A stretch of DNA of 64,000 nucleotides from Squalus acanthias. Taxonomy: Eukaryota. Position 1 is the first letter of the stretch; the number at the start of each line of letters is the position of its first letter. Shown here in pieces: positions 13,678 to 25,711 of this stretch. The stretch lies in assembly GCA_030390025.1 (NCBI GenBank), contig CM059431.1, forward strand, positions 109,680,001 to 109,744,000. The letters run 5' to 3'. The notes beneath the pieces are model-generated. The model made no database searches. It saw only the letters and a list, made by a program, of their open reading frames with translations, and was not told where the DNA came from. Made by a program: the position numbers and the translations under genes.

Positions 13678-14048
13678 AAACTTGAACTGCTGGTCTGCCG
13701 CAGTGATCTGCTGTTCCCCTGACTCAGATGACCAGCAATGCTTCTCTGGATTCCAGAGCAAGTATCACAAAAGCTCCTCGCACTGCATTCCTTCCAACGT
13801 GGCCTTGCTCCACTTCCGCCCCACTCTAACTTCAGGCCTTAGGCCAACTGCGCTTCCTTCCTGTTCCATCTTCATATTTTAGCTTGAGCTCATCATTCCC
13901 TTCTGATCTCGGCCAACCCTTATAGTTTCTCTTACAGCATCTCCGCTCCCAGCCCTGGCCTCTCTCCAACCAGCTCAGACCCTCACATCACATCTGGCCA
14001 AACATATTTTGGCTTTCATCTTGCAGTATGCCATAGCCTTTGAACATA

Positions 14049-15496
14049 GGGGTTATTTTGGCGAAAGGGTGAAAACAGGGGCTAAATGGGTGTTGTGCGA
14101 ATAAGACACGCCTGTTTGAAAGTCTGGTTTTAGCACGCAATTTTGATCCTAATTGCTCATTCGAAATTGTCTGGAGGCACTAAACACAAGCAGGTTTAGC
14201 GCTCAACCGTTGATTAGATGCAATTTTCATGGAGCAGTATATGTGGGCTCCTCGCACCCACTTCCACTGAAGGTGTGGAGTGCGCTGGCTGAAAAAGAGC
14301 AGCAGGTTGCAGGATGGCTCAGGGACCGAGTGAGAGGGCACACAGGTTCTGGAACGTGACACTGGAAGTCCTGGTTGAAGAGGTGGGATGTCCTGTACCC
14401 GCAGAGGGGGAAAGAGTCCACCTCACCCTCCTGTCCCTCTCTCCTGCAGCAGCTGGTGCTGCTCTGCCTGGCCTCATGTCCTCCTCCTGCAGACCAAGGG
14501 GGCTCCCTAGCATGATGCCAGTGTCCAAGCACTCCCTTTCTCCTGGGGACTCCTATAAGAAAGACTTGTATAGCGCCGTTCACGACCACCTCAAAGCACT
14601 TTACAGCCAATGAAGTACTTTTGAAGTGAAGTCACTGTTGTAATGTGGGAAACGCAGCAGCCAATTTGCGCACAGCAAAGGTCCCACAAACAGCAATGGG
14701 ATAATGACCAGATAATTTGTTTTGTTATGTTGGTTGAGGGATAAATATTGGCCAGGACACCAGAGATAACTCCCCTACTCTTCTTCGAAATAGTGCCATG
14801 GGATCTTTTACGTCCACCTGAGAGAGCAGACAGGGCCTCGGTTTAACATCTCATCCGAAAGACAGCACCTCCGACAGTTTAGCACTCCCTCAGCACTGCA
14901 CTGGAGTGTCAGCCTAGCTTTATGTGCTCAAGTGCCCGGAACGGGAATTGAACCCACAACCTTCTAACTCAGACGCGAGTGTGCTACCCACTGAGCCACA
15001 GCTGACACAGATAAGATATCCAATAAGGTAGAGAGGCACAGCACTTACTCTTTTTAGGTGAAGTCCTCAGAGAATTTCCAAAATAAATGTTGATAGAGTG
15101 TTGGTGAAGTCTTGACAAAGTGTCCCTGAAAGTCTCCCAATGTGTTTCAAACCTCCAACAGCAGGTGAACAGTAAAAGGTGATATACCTGTAAGTAGCCC
15201 TCGAAATACTCAGCAACAATTTGTTTACTCCCAATCAGCTGATCACTATTAGGAAAGGGTGTTAAGTCAAGCGCTCTCCACTAAAATACCGTATAGCCTC
15301 CTTAAAGAGCGCTAGCAGGCAATTTAAGTGGCAATCAGCCCCTTAACGATCCTCCGGGCGGTCGTTCCGAACGCAAACTTCAACTCCTTTACCAAGATGG
15401 CATCTTGCACTAAACGCGGGCTAAACCGGCGTTTCAGCTCAAGTCCCCACCTCGGAGGCTCTTTAGCACCTGAAGGAGCATTCAAAAATTGCCCCC
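14049..15496 (+). mobile_element. Harbinger-derived non-autonomous element with a Myb/SANT start remnant, interrupted by a SINE
   Basis: Imperfect TIRs ggggttatttt / aaaattgccccc. ORF 14314 begins MAQGPSERAHRFWNVTLEVLVEEV, resembling the (R/K)xAPRF...L..L N-terminus of Harbinger Myb proteins. Confidence 0.6.
14561..15010 (-). mobile_element. Full-length Deu-SINE
   Basis: A and B boxes, Deu body and tail are present. ataaga is duplicated at 14555-14560 and 15011-15016. Confidence 0.9.
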
Positions 15497-15702
15497 AAAG
15501 ATTCATTAAATCAGAAAAGGAACATGTGCAAAATGCGTACAAACACAGGGAGAAAAGATAAATAGAACAGACTTAGAGAAAAATAAGATAGGCTGAATGA
15601 GAAAAAGAGGTACAGAGACAAGAAAAGTATGTAACAGGTAGATTATATTATATAGAGAGAAAGAGAGAGAGAGAGAGAAAAACACAAAGCAAGATTTAGA
15701 TT

Positions 15703-15812
15703 ATTGTGAGAAGTCGCACAACACCAGGTTATAGTCCAGGTTTGGACTATAACCTGGTGTTGTGCGACTTCTCACATTGGTCCACCCCAGTCCAACACCG
15801 GCATCTCCACAT
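15703..15812 (+). mobile_element. Miniature fold-back PLE family A insertion (34-bp perfect hairpin plus 36-nt tail)
   Basis: 15705-15738 is the exact reverse complement of 15743-15776 (loop ggtt). The tail gtccaccccagtccaacaccggcatctcc matches the tail at 52832-52871. 13-bp TSD caagatttagatt (15690-15702, 15813-15825). Confidence 0.92.
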
Positions 15813-16558
15813 CAAGATTTAGATTGGGAGGGAAATAAAAATACAGTTATCGGAAGTGAGACTCAATTTTTATTTTTGTTCAGAGCAATGCCAAGGGAAA
15901 TCAGCTAGTGCCTTATTTAAAACTTTAACAGCTTGCATATGTTTCCATTAGAAATGTTTTGAAGACACCAATGCATAAAGCCTACATTTTGCTAAGACAT
16001 TTGTTGATAAAATTCTGCCAAAATAATTGATGGATTTTGTATTCATTGGATGAGTTAGGTAAATTGAATTTGTGTTTCCTATATGAAGGATATAAATGGA
16101 AAGCATTCCATTATTGTTTTGGAATTAAAAGCAATATTGTTGCATGAAGGTCATGTCTGTTTAAGTGTTTACCTCTGCTGATAAGCACAATTAAATTTGT
16201 TACTGCGCTATTGTTCTCATCTTGATGACTTGTTCTACTCAGGGATATATCAAGTAAATGGAAGAAAGACAGGAACAGGAAAGTATCATTGATAACAAGG
16301 CATTTTATGTGGAAATGCCCTTGAGGCTTGAATCCAAACCAACTACACAAAAAAAAAACGAATACAGAGATATCTGCTGCAGCAAGAACAAAAGATTGTG
16401 GGCTTTTAATGTTCAAAGGTTAGTTCGCACAACCATTAGTGATAAACACTAACTAAAACTCAGTGCTAATTAAAGCTCAGGATCAGATTTCTAACACAGC
16501 GGTGTTAACTTCAGACTAATCACGACCAACAAAGACCTCGGAATCTGTGAATGCTGAC

Positions 16559-17205
16559 CGTTGCAGGAAAGGATGCCCCGGAGCATGGTACATCGGCGAG
16601 ACCATGCAGACACTGAGACAACGTATGAACGGACACCGCGCAACAATCGCCAGGCAGGATTGTTACCTCCCAGTCGGGGAACACTTCAGCAGTCAAGGAC
16701 ATTCAGCCTCGGATCTGCGGGTTAGCGTTCTCCAAGGCGGCCTTCGAGACACTCGACAATGCAAAATCATCGAGCAGAAACTGATAGCCAAGTTCCGCAC
16801 CCATGAGGACGGTCTCAATAGGGATCTCGGGTTCATGTCACGCTACAGAACGTGACTTGACATCGTTGTCTGTCTTTCCAGTTTTAAAAAAAAACACAAA
16901 AAAAAACAACCAAAAAAAAAACAACCAAAAAAAAAGTTAAAAGCTCAACTGCAGACGGCAACATTTGACACATTGGACCCACTATGATCCACCTCATTGT
17001 CTTAGCTGTACTCTGAGGTGTCTTTGATGTAATGCCTTCCTAACAGATTGTATCTCTGCAGACAAATTGCTCTCTGTGTATATGTACTGTGTAATCGATT
17101 TGTATTCCCTCACTGTACCTGGACCTGAAGAAGGAGCAGCGCTCCGAAAGCTCGTAATTTTAAATAAAACTGTTGGACTATAACCTGGTCTTGTGCGACT
17201 TCTCA
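16559..17205 (+). mobile_element. PLE family A 3' fragment (GIY-YIG C-terminal half plus pLTR)
   Basis: RCRKGCPGAWYIGETMQTLRQRMNGH...EQKLIAKFRTHEDGLNRDLGFMSRY is nearly identical to the end of ORF 55227-57152. Ends with aataaaactgttggactataacctgg...gcgacttctca and has no tail. Confidence 0.92.
17123..17155 (+). ncRNA. Minimal type I hammerhead ribozyme motif (PLE pLTR)
   Basis: ac-CTGAAGA-a-ggagc(agc)gctcc-GAAA-gctc-gt: core boxes, perfect 5-bp stem II, short palindromic stem III, weak stem I. Confidence 0.7.
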
Positions 17206-17353
17206 TTATAAGTGACTCCATCCCTTAAAAGAAATCTAGAAAACAGTCAGCAGACAGTTCCTATTTTATCTCTCGAACAAGCGATTCCCTCTGGTTCAAA
17301 GTAAGGCTTGGACAATATCAGAATTTGTAGATGTGACTGATACAAATACTGCC

Positions 17354-17566
17354 CAATATTTATCCCTCAACCAACATCACTGAAAACAGATTATCTGCTC
17401 ATTATCACATTGCTGTCTGTGGGACCTTGCTCTGCACAATTTGGCTGCCGCCTTTCCCACATGGCAACAGTGACTCCACTTCAAAAATACTTCATTGGCT
17501 GTAAAGCGCTTTGGGACGTCCTGAGGTCGTGAAAGGCCCAATATAAAAATGCATGTTCTTTCCTTC
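17354..17566 (+). mobile_element. Deu-SINE 3' half
   Basis: ccaatatttatccctcaaccaacatcac...aaagcgctttgggacgtcctgaggtcgtgaaagg. Confidence 0.88.
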
Positions 17567-17675
17567 TTCCAAGCACAATGGAACTCAGTTTAGTTAGCAT
17601 TGAACTGAATACAGTACAGCTCGATGGCATTACATTGAAATGAGCATTTACATAGGATTACATTACATAGGATAT

Positions 17676-17936
17676 CTTCTTCTTCTTAGGCAGTCCCTCG
17701 GAACTGAGGATGACTTGCTTCCACATTAAAAATGAGTTCTCAGGTGACTGATGAGTCCAATGTGGGAGCTACAGTCTCTGTCACAGGTGGGGCAGACAGT
17801 GGTTGAAGGGGTGGGTGGGTGGGGTGCTTGGGTTGACGTGTGCTCCTTGTGCTGCCTGCGCTTGGCTTCCGCTTGCTCCCGGCGAAGAGACTCGAGGTGT
17901 TCGGCGCCTTCCCGGATGCCTCTCCTCCACTCCTCC
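17676..17936 (-). mobile_element. RTE-clade LINE 3' end
   Basis: C-terminal C2H2 finger VCPTCDRDCSSHIGLISHLRTH, (gaa)n tail, near-perfect 11-bp TSD acatargatat. Confidence 0.9.
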
Positions 17937-18626
17937 ACATAAGATATACAGCACAGAAGCAGGCCATTCGGCCCAACCAGTCCATGCTGGCGTTTATGCT
18001 CCACTCGAGCCTCCTCCCGTCTTTCCTCATCTAAATCTATCAGCATAACCCTCTATTCCCTTCTCCCTCATATGCTTGTCTAGCCTCCCCTTAAATGCAT
18101 CCATACTATTCGCTTCAACCACTCCCTGTGGTAGCGGGTTCCACATTCTCACCACTCTTTGGGTAAAGAAGTTTCTTCTGAATTCCCTATTGGATTTCTT
18201 GGTGACTATCTTATATTGATGAGCTCTAGTTATGCTCTTCCCAACAAGTGGAAACATTCTCTCTCTATCCACTCTATCAAAATCTTTCATAATTTTAAAG
18301 ACCTCTATTAGGTCATCCCTCAGCCTTCTTTTTTCACAAGAAAAGAGTCCCAGCCTGTTCATCCTTTCCTGATATGTATACCCCCGCATTTCTGGTATCA
18401 TCCTTGTAAATCTTCTCTGCACCCTCTCCAGTGCCTCTATATTATTTTTATAATATGGTGAGCAGAACTGTACGCAATACTGTACGTAATAAAGTGTCGT
18501 CTAACCAAGGTTCGATACAGGTTTAGCATAACTTCCCGACTTATCAATTCTATACCACTAGAAATAAATCCTTGTGCTTGGTTTGCTTTTTTTATGGCCT
18601 TGCTAACCTGTGTCGCAACTTTTAGT

Positions 18627-18826
18627 CAGCAGGTCAGGCAGCATCTGTGAAGAGAGAAACAGAGTTAACGTTTCAGGTCGATGACCTTTCATCAGAACTG
18701 ACGAAAGGTCATTGACCTGAAACGTTAACTCTGTTTCTCTCTTCACAGATGCTGCCTGACCTGCTGAGTATCTCCAGCATTTTCTGTTTTTATTTCAGAT
18801 TTCCAGCATCTGCAGTATTTTCTTTT
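18627..18826 (+). mobile_element. Fold-back PLE family B insertion with two head-to-head hammerhead motifs
   Basis: 70-bp arms 18626-18695 and 18698-18767 (2 mismatches, both at CpG), 59-nt tail, 16-bp TSD tgtcgcaacttttagt (18611-18626, 18827-18842). Confidence 0.92.
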
Positions 18827-19122
18827 TGTCGCAACTTTTAGTGATTTGTGTATTTGTACTCCGAGATCCCTTTGTTTCTCTACCCCACCTAGACTCGCAC
18901 ACTCCAAATAACAAGTGACCTCCCTATTCTTCCTGAAAAGGTGCAATTTGTGGGGGAAATACATGAGAGAAAACTTCAATGCTCCAGGTCAACAGATCTT
19001 TGTGAATAGAGGTCAACGTTGGTGTTTACTGGCCAGTTACAGTAAACAGAAGCAGTTCTCCTGGCAATGCAATTTCAAGATCCGATTGGCCCACAACTCA
19101 TTAGACAAACAAATTTTATCCA

Positions 19123-19920
19123 TAGCATCCTCGCCTCTGAGTCAGAAGGTTGTGGGTTCAAGTCTCACTCCAGTGACTTGAGCACAAAAATCTAGGCTGA
19201 CACTCCAGTACAGTGCTGAGGGAGTGCTGCACTGTCGGAGGTGCCGTCTTTCGGATGACATGTTAAACTGAGGCCCCGTCTGCTCTCTCAGGTGGGCGTA
19301 AAAGATTCCACGGCACTATTTTGAAGAAGAGAGGGGGGAGTTATCCCCGGTGTCCTGGTCAATATTTATCCCTCAACAAACATCACCAAAACAGATGATC
19401 TGGTCATTATCACATTGCTGTTTGTGGGAGCTTGCTGTGTGCAAATTGGTTGCTGCGTATCAACAACAACAACAACTTGTATTTATATAGCACCTTTAAC
19501 ATAGTACAACGTCCCAAGGTGCTTCACAAGAGTATTAAAAGACAAAATAAATTTGACACCGAGCCACATAAGGAGAAATTAAGCCAGGTGACCAAAAGCT
19601 TGGTCAAAGAGGTAGGTTTTAAGGAGCGTCTTAAAGGAGGAAAGAGAGGTAGCGAGACGGAGAGGTTTAGGCAGGGAATTCCAGAGCTTAGGGCCTAGGC
19701 AACAGAAGGCACGGCCACCAATGGTTGAGCGATCTATAATCAGGGATGCTCAAAAGGGCAGAATTAGAGGAGCGCAGAGATCCTGGGGGGTTGTGGGGCT
19801 GAAGGAGATTATCTACATTACAACAGTGACTACACTTCAAAAAGTACTTCATTGGCTGTAAAACGGTTTGGGATGTCCTGAGGTCATGAAAGGCGTTATA
19901 TAAATGCAAGTCTTTCTTTC
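19123..19920 (+). mobile_element. Deu-SINE interrupted by an L2 3' fragment
   Basis: SINE head and body 19123-19460 resume at about 19813 (ctacattacaacagtgactacac...). Confidence 0.88.
19461..19809 (-). mobile_element. L2 LINE 3' fragment
   Basis: Same family as 3505-3914 in reverse orientation, (caa)n tail, short tatc duplication. Confidence 0.88.
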
Positions 19921-20019
19921 ATAAAGATTGTCCCATCATCTGTCCTAAACAGGAAAAAAATCACTAACCCTAAATAGATCTGTAGTAAGCATCAGCAAAT
20001 GTTTCACTAACTGAGGGGT

Positions 20020-20332
20020 ATCACAGAATCCCCACAATGCAGATAGAGGCCATTGCGGCCCATCGAGCCTGCACCGACACATATCCCACCCTATCCCTGT
20101 AACCCCACATATTTAATCCCCCCTAACACTAAGGGTCAATTTATCATAGCCAAATCAACCTAACCCGCACATCTTTGGACTGTGGGAGGAAACTGGAGCA
20201 CCCGGAGGAAACCCACGCAGACATTGGGAGAATGTGCAAACTCCACACAGGCAGTCACCTGTGGCCGGATTCGAACCCGGGTCCTTGGTGCTGTGAGGCA
20301 ACAGTGCTAACCACTATGCCACCGTGTTGCCC
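20020..20332 (-). mobile_element. HE1-like (V-SINE) tRNA-derived SINE with CR1-type tail
   Basis: Minus strand gggcaacacggtggcatagtggttagcactgttgcctcacag...gggttcgaatcc, V-domain tgtgtggagtttgcacattctcc...tgggtttcctccgggtgctcc, tail gatgggccg.aatggcctct. Confidence 0.88.
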
Positions 20333-20603
20333 ACAATGGCTCACAATGTATTTAACTCCTGGATCTAAACACGTAGCTTGCTTATTAGTCGTTCCTGCAT
20401 TAGCGCCCAAATTTTTAAATCAAAATTCATATGTTTTGAGCTGTTTCTGATGGGAAGAAAACTACTGAAATGACTATACAGCCCATCATTTGGGTCAAAT
20501 ATAAAACTGTCGTCTTATTGGTTGAAGTTGATCCCATTTACAATATACACTAATATTTGTAGGAATGCCAATGTTTAGTTAAACACCAATTTGAAATTTT
20601 AAT

Positions 20604-21312
20604 AGGGGGGACTGATCTGAGCTAACTCAATAACCCCCCCACCCCCCGTCCCCATTCCCTCTGCCCCCATTCCCAGCCACTCCCCACCCGGCGGGAATGG
20701 TGTGGGCAAGGGGGTTTATGATGCCGGTAGGGATGTTCCCGCCGTGTTTCCAACCCTCCCAACCATTGTAACATGCCTGATTTAAGGCATGGGAAAGGCC
20801 GCCCGCCCCAGAGGAGCAGGGGCCTAATCTAAGTGGTAAAGTCGCATCCTGATGATGTCACCGGGACGCAAGAGCCATTTTAACCGCGGGCCGTCTAAAA
20901 GGCACACAGTTTCGGGCCCTCCAGCCAAAACCATCGGCAGCGAGGTTCCTGGCCACAGGAGGCCCAGGTACAGTGTTTTTCTTTACTTTTTAATAGGTTC
21001 CTTGCAGCCCAGGTTGAGCAGGAGTTCTTGTCCCGGCCCCAACAAGGATACCTCGGGCCTCCCTCGTGGTGGGCTTCCCCCGCTTCCGTAATCGCGGAGT
21101 TCCCCAACACACCACCCCGCTCCCGACCTATCCCCCATCCCCCTACCACCCCTACTTGTGACTCCCGCCCGCAGGTGGTGACATCATTCCCACCGGCTTC
21201 TGGCGGTAATCAGTGTCGGATTATGTTAACGAGGAATTAAAGTCTCGGGCAGTTCACCGCGCGCCTCAGCCCCCGCACCCCCGATTCCTGCCCCCGAGTG
21301 CAAATCACCCCC
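20604..21312. mobile_element. GC-rich MITE-like element (Harbinger-type, degenerate)
   Basis: GC-rich block in AT-rich flanks with G5/C5 termini (ggggg...aatcaccccc) and cccgcc subterminal motifs. Boundaries are approximate. Confidence 0.45.
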
Positions 21313-21999
21313 AATACAAAGCTGTTCCTGTCCATCTGTGCAACACTGCCCATCTGCTGGTGTGTCAAATAACAGCCAAGAAATTTAAATCACATGCGTG
21401 ACATGAATAATAGAGACTTTGAAATTCTGTCGCTTTATATCTTAAATGGGTTAATGCCTTTGATTAAAATAGTGGATCGAGGAATTTCATACAAACATCT
21501 CAGCGTGTTCATTGCTAATCTAATATCACACAGTGTGATTTGAAACCACGAGTGTTTTGCTGCTGTCAATGAAAGTCAGCGGATTGTTAGATCATTAGAA
21601 ATAAAAGTTGACTCTGAACTTTAGCGTACATCGGAATCAGTCAAAATGGAACCCAGTGTTTTCTTCAATTCTGACAGAACATAAAATGGAACTATTGATG
21701 TTCTTCATTCAGCTGGATGGCTTGCCATAATATCATGAAACAACAATCATGAAAGAAATGTATTTATGGTACTAAAACCACATTTATTTTTCTATTCCAG
21801 TTTTCTACTCATGCAAGCATTCTTTGCACTTAAAGAGGGGGCCACAGTCACAGAAACTCAAGGTAGCTCAAGGTTATTTGCATCCTCAGTGTAATTCAGC
21901 ATTTGTCTTCTCACTGCGTTGCTATTCCAATGAGGAGAGAATATATTTTCCCCTCGTTGTCTTTTATTTATTTAAACAAAGGTGATTTAGCACCCCGTC

Positions 22000-22563
22000 C
22001 ATAGAATCATAGAATCATAGAAGATAGGAGCAGGAGTAGGCCATTCGGCCCCTCTAGCCTGCTCCGCCACTCTATGCGATCATGGCCGATCATCCAAATT
22101 CAGTACCCTGTCCCTGCTTTCTCCCCATATCCCTTGATCGCTTTAGCCTTAAGAAATATATCCAACTCCTTCTTGAATCTATTTAATGAATTGGCCTCTA
22201 CTGCCTTCTGTGGCAGAGAATTCCACAGGTTCACCACTCTCTGGGTGAAGAAATTCCTTCTCATTTCTGTCCTAAATGGCTTACCCCTTACCCTTAGACT
22301 GTGACCCCTGGTTCTGGACTCCCCGACCATCGGGAACATCCTTCCTGCATCTAGTTTGTCCTGTCCTGTCAGAATTTTATAAGTTTCAATGAGATCCCCT
22401 CTCATTCTTCTAAACTCCAGCGAGTATAAGCCCAATCGACCCAATCTCTCTTCATACGTCATTCCTGCCATCCCAGGTATCAGCCTGGTGAATCTTCGCT
22501 GAACTCCTTCCATGGCAAGAACATCCTTCCTCAGATAAGCGACCAAAACTGCACACAGTACTC
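22000..22563 (-). mobile_element. CR1 LINE 3' fragment
   Basis: ORF 22100-22546 (LRKDVLAMEGVQRRFTRLIPG...SRTRGHSL...FFTQRVVNLWNSLP) and (atagaatc)n tail. Confidence 0.93.
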
Positions 22564-22738
22564 AACATTTTTTATGTCTTAGCAATCTTCAACTTTGTGC
22601 TATGAAATAAAACTGGAAAATAGTCCAGTCGGGCACAGTTAGTACCAGCTCAACTTTCCAATGGTGCGTGGCAAAGAAGTTAGTCAGTCAGTGAATGTGT
22701 GAAACAGAGTCCCTAGGTAAAAGTTAGGCCCATTCTGA

Positions 22739-24459
22739 GGGCTGGATTTTTCCAACCTCCAACAAGATTTTATGATGATGGGGCTTGTTAAGTCCGCCCT
22801 GAGAGGCTCCCGGCCAATTAATAGGAAGCGGGTCTGATGACATCATCAGCCGGCTTCCTTAAGGGGACCATGTCCAAATTGATTTTGACAGTTGTGCTGT
22901 CAGTGTTCTACAGCATTGAGGTGCTGCAAACACTGACAAGCACTGCACAAAGGTGCAGGGCTACACCCAGGCTCTCCCATGACTCCCTCCATATACTTAT
23001 GGAGGGAGTCACAGCACGCAGGGAGGTCCTCTTCCCTTCCAATGGGCGGAAGAGACCTCCCCAGGACACCAACGCAGCCTGGTTGCAATTTGCATAGGAG
23101 GACACAAGCAGGGATGTGGTCAGGAGGACCAGGCTGCAGTGGCGCAAACCTTTCAATGATCTCAGTAGATCACGAAACGTTAGTACAAGGCCACACTCAA
23201 CCTCATCCTGCTGTGCCACTCATCACATCCCTATCACTCTGCCTTCCCTACCCTACTCCTGCACATCCTTACTCACACCAACTTACCTTGCACCTCCACC
23301 CATCCCTCTCTATCTACATTACCACTTCCCATCTCACTAGCCACCCCTCACACTCACCCTCGTCCTAGTCCAATCATACCAACTAACAACACACAAGGGT
23401 AGGCACTTGTGTGTTTTAGCCAATGTTCATGTGAAGTTTCTGTTAATGTGGTGTCAAACATTGAAACCTTTATTTTCAACACTTTGCCTTCTTGGACAGA
23501 TTTGTGTGCACCTTTGAAAGTGTCTTAGTGAGTTGCTGTGAATGGTGAGATATAACAGTAACCGCCACCGCCCCCCCCCCCCCCACAATGGTGATGTGTG
23601 TGAAAGGAATGGCTTGGACATTGTAGGGATGCTTTATGGTGCTGGTGTGGGGTGCTGCCAACCTGGCACATGTGCCAGCCAGGGTGTTCAGTGTTAAATG
23701 AAGCAAATTTGGACATGGTGAGGCTATCGCTGGCATCCCGGGCAGCAATGTGCAGGGGTGATGATGCCCTGTGTCCAGAGCAGCATCGGTTGATTGGGGA
23801 GAAGGTTGGTGTGGATGTTGGTGTTGCTGATGTGCCCGGTGATGCTGGTGTTGGGGCTGATCGTGTTGGGATCCTGAGGACCAAGGTGAGATTTGTCAAG
23901 GGCACCGATGCTGATGGAACAGATGGCAGGTGAGGTTGAGATGACAGAAGTTATCTGTCAGTGTTGAGATAGTTTGTTCCAAGGAGGTGACAGTGGATAG
24001 AGAGATTACTCCAAACACTTCAAAAGTGCATAAAGCTCAAAAGTGGGTTCTAAATACTGAAGGCTGAAGTTTCTGAGATTGGAAACTGACCAACTGTAAA
24101 ATGGCAGGTTTTAAACCACTTTTGCAGCTGTCACCTATTGAAAGAAATGGAGAATTATTCAGAACACGACATACTTACCTGGCCTGATCCCCGAGTGACG
24201 GGAACCTCGTGGAAAACTTGGGAAAATGTTTTGTACCTGGTAAAATGGTGATTAAATTGCTTTAAACACCCTCTTAACAAGTACAATTGAATGACCCGCC
24301 ACTTAGTGCCGTGTCTGCAAAGCGCAGGCAGAGCCGGCGTTAGGGAAACTCACAAGGAGGCGGGTTCAGAGCGGGATACCAGCCCGCTGTCAATCATTTG
24401 GATTTTGACAGCGGACCCGCCTCCGAACCCGCCCTCTGAGCGCCGGCAAAATTCAGCCC
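22739..24459 (+). mobile_element. Non-autonomous Harbinger element with decayed Myb/SANT exon 1 and transposase end remnants
   Basis: TIRs gggctggatttt / aaaattcagccc, TGA TSD. RATPRLSHDSLHILMEGVTARREVLFPSNGRKRPP...W.....*...RRTRLQWRKPFNDL is homologous to exon 1 at 34797. The minus strand has HIAARDASDSLTMSKF. Confidence 0.85.
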
Positions 24460-25711
24460 TGAATGTTGGAATTGCACGGGTATGCAAGCTTCAGGTGTCG
24501 ATGTTAAGCTTCTAACAGGCATTCTGTTATTCCAGCGTTTGAGTCAAGTAGCAGTTATTTAATGTTTCCCATCAAGTCCCTCTTGTTTCTGAGCCCTCGG
24601 ACAAGCTGCGGAAGTATCCACAGAGCATTTTGAAGCTAAACACAGGAGAATTCCTATATATGGAAAAAGCTTCTGCACGAAGATTGATTCTAAAAATCCA
24701 ACGCTCTTCAGACTAGAGGAAACCCATCATTCAGGGAAAATGATATACTTATGAAACATAATCCTTAAGAAGTGCAGAAAGCAGACAGAGGTCTTTGGTT
24801 TTTATTTTTGTTTGTGTTTTTATTTTCTTAGCAGAAAAAAGAAATAAGGGTCTTCTTCTGGGCACAAATCAAAGGCTGCAGATGATTCATCTCTGTGGAT
24901 GTGCTGGTTGAATTTGATGGATCATTTTAAAAAGCAACACTGCTAATCTTCAGGTTTTCTTTTTTTAAGTTATTCACAGATCAGTGGCTTTTCCGGTTAA
25001 TACAGGGCCCAATGCTCTTCTGTCTATGCACATGGTATTCATCATGTCTTGACAAGAAAAGACCTTCAGTCTACAAATAACCTTCAGCACAGTTAGATGT
25101 GCAACCGCACTCTTTAAATAAGATAGATTTTACAACTGCAGTCGGAGTGTCTCTTTCATTGCCAGTAAATATTTCTGTTAAGACCTATCTGTGTGCTGTA
25201 ATTTTTTTTTTGATATTCTAGACCAAGCATTGACTGTTAACTTTGCATGTGCATCTTTTCTTGTGGCTGTCTGCATTAACAGTATGAGTTAAGGTCTCCA
25301 ACCACATTCAAATCGAATATAAGCCGAGATCCCTCACCTGGACACTGTTTGTCATCATTGTTAAAAGAAAACTTTAAAAAAAAAATAACTGCACATCATG
25401 TACAGTTTTGTATACTCTCAAACCGCCACTGAAAAAAGAAAAAGGTTTTTTTTTCAGTTGTACTTCAGTATTTGGCGATTCATGCTATTTAACAGCTGTA
25501 CTGGGCTAATTTGCAATGACAGGAACATGCTCCCCCTCTTCCAGTGATAGAACATTTCTCCTGAAAGTGTGTGAATTAATCGGTAAACTTTCATTGAGAT
25601 TTCGCTCAGGCTGCTCAGACCGAAATGTGCAGCTACAACTTTTAAAAAGCCTGACAGAATTTAAACTAAATGTTTTATGCTTTGGAACTAGTCAGAAACA
25701 GGGAACTATAT

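Larger units (their letters stand above)
17648..18955 (-). mobile_element. CR1 LINE 3' fragment with nested RTE and PLE insertions
   Basis: ORF 18027-18422 (QRRFTRMIPEMRG...[11 protein letters not shown]) plus upstream LGGVEKQRDLGVQIHKSLKVAT. Tail repeats tacataggat. Confidence 0.9.
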
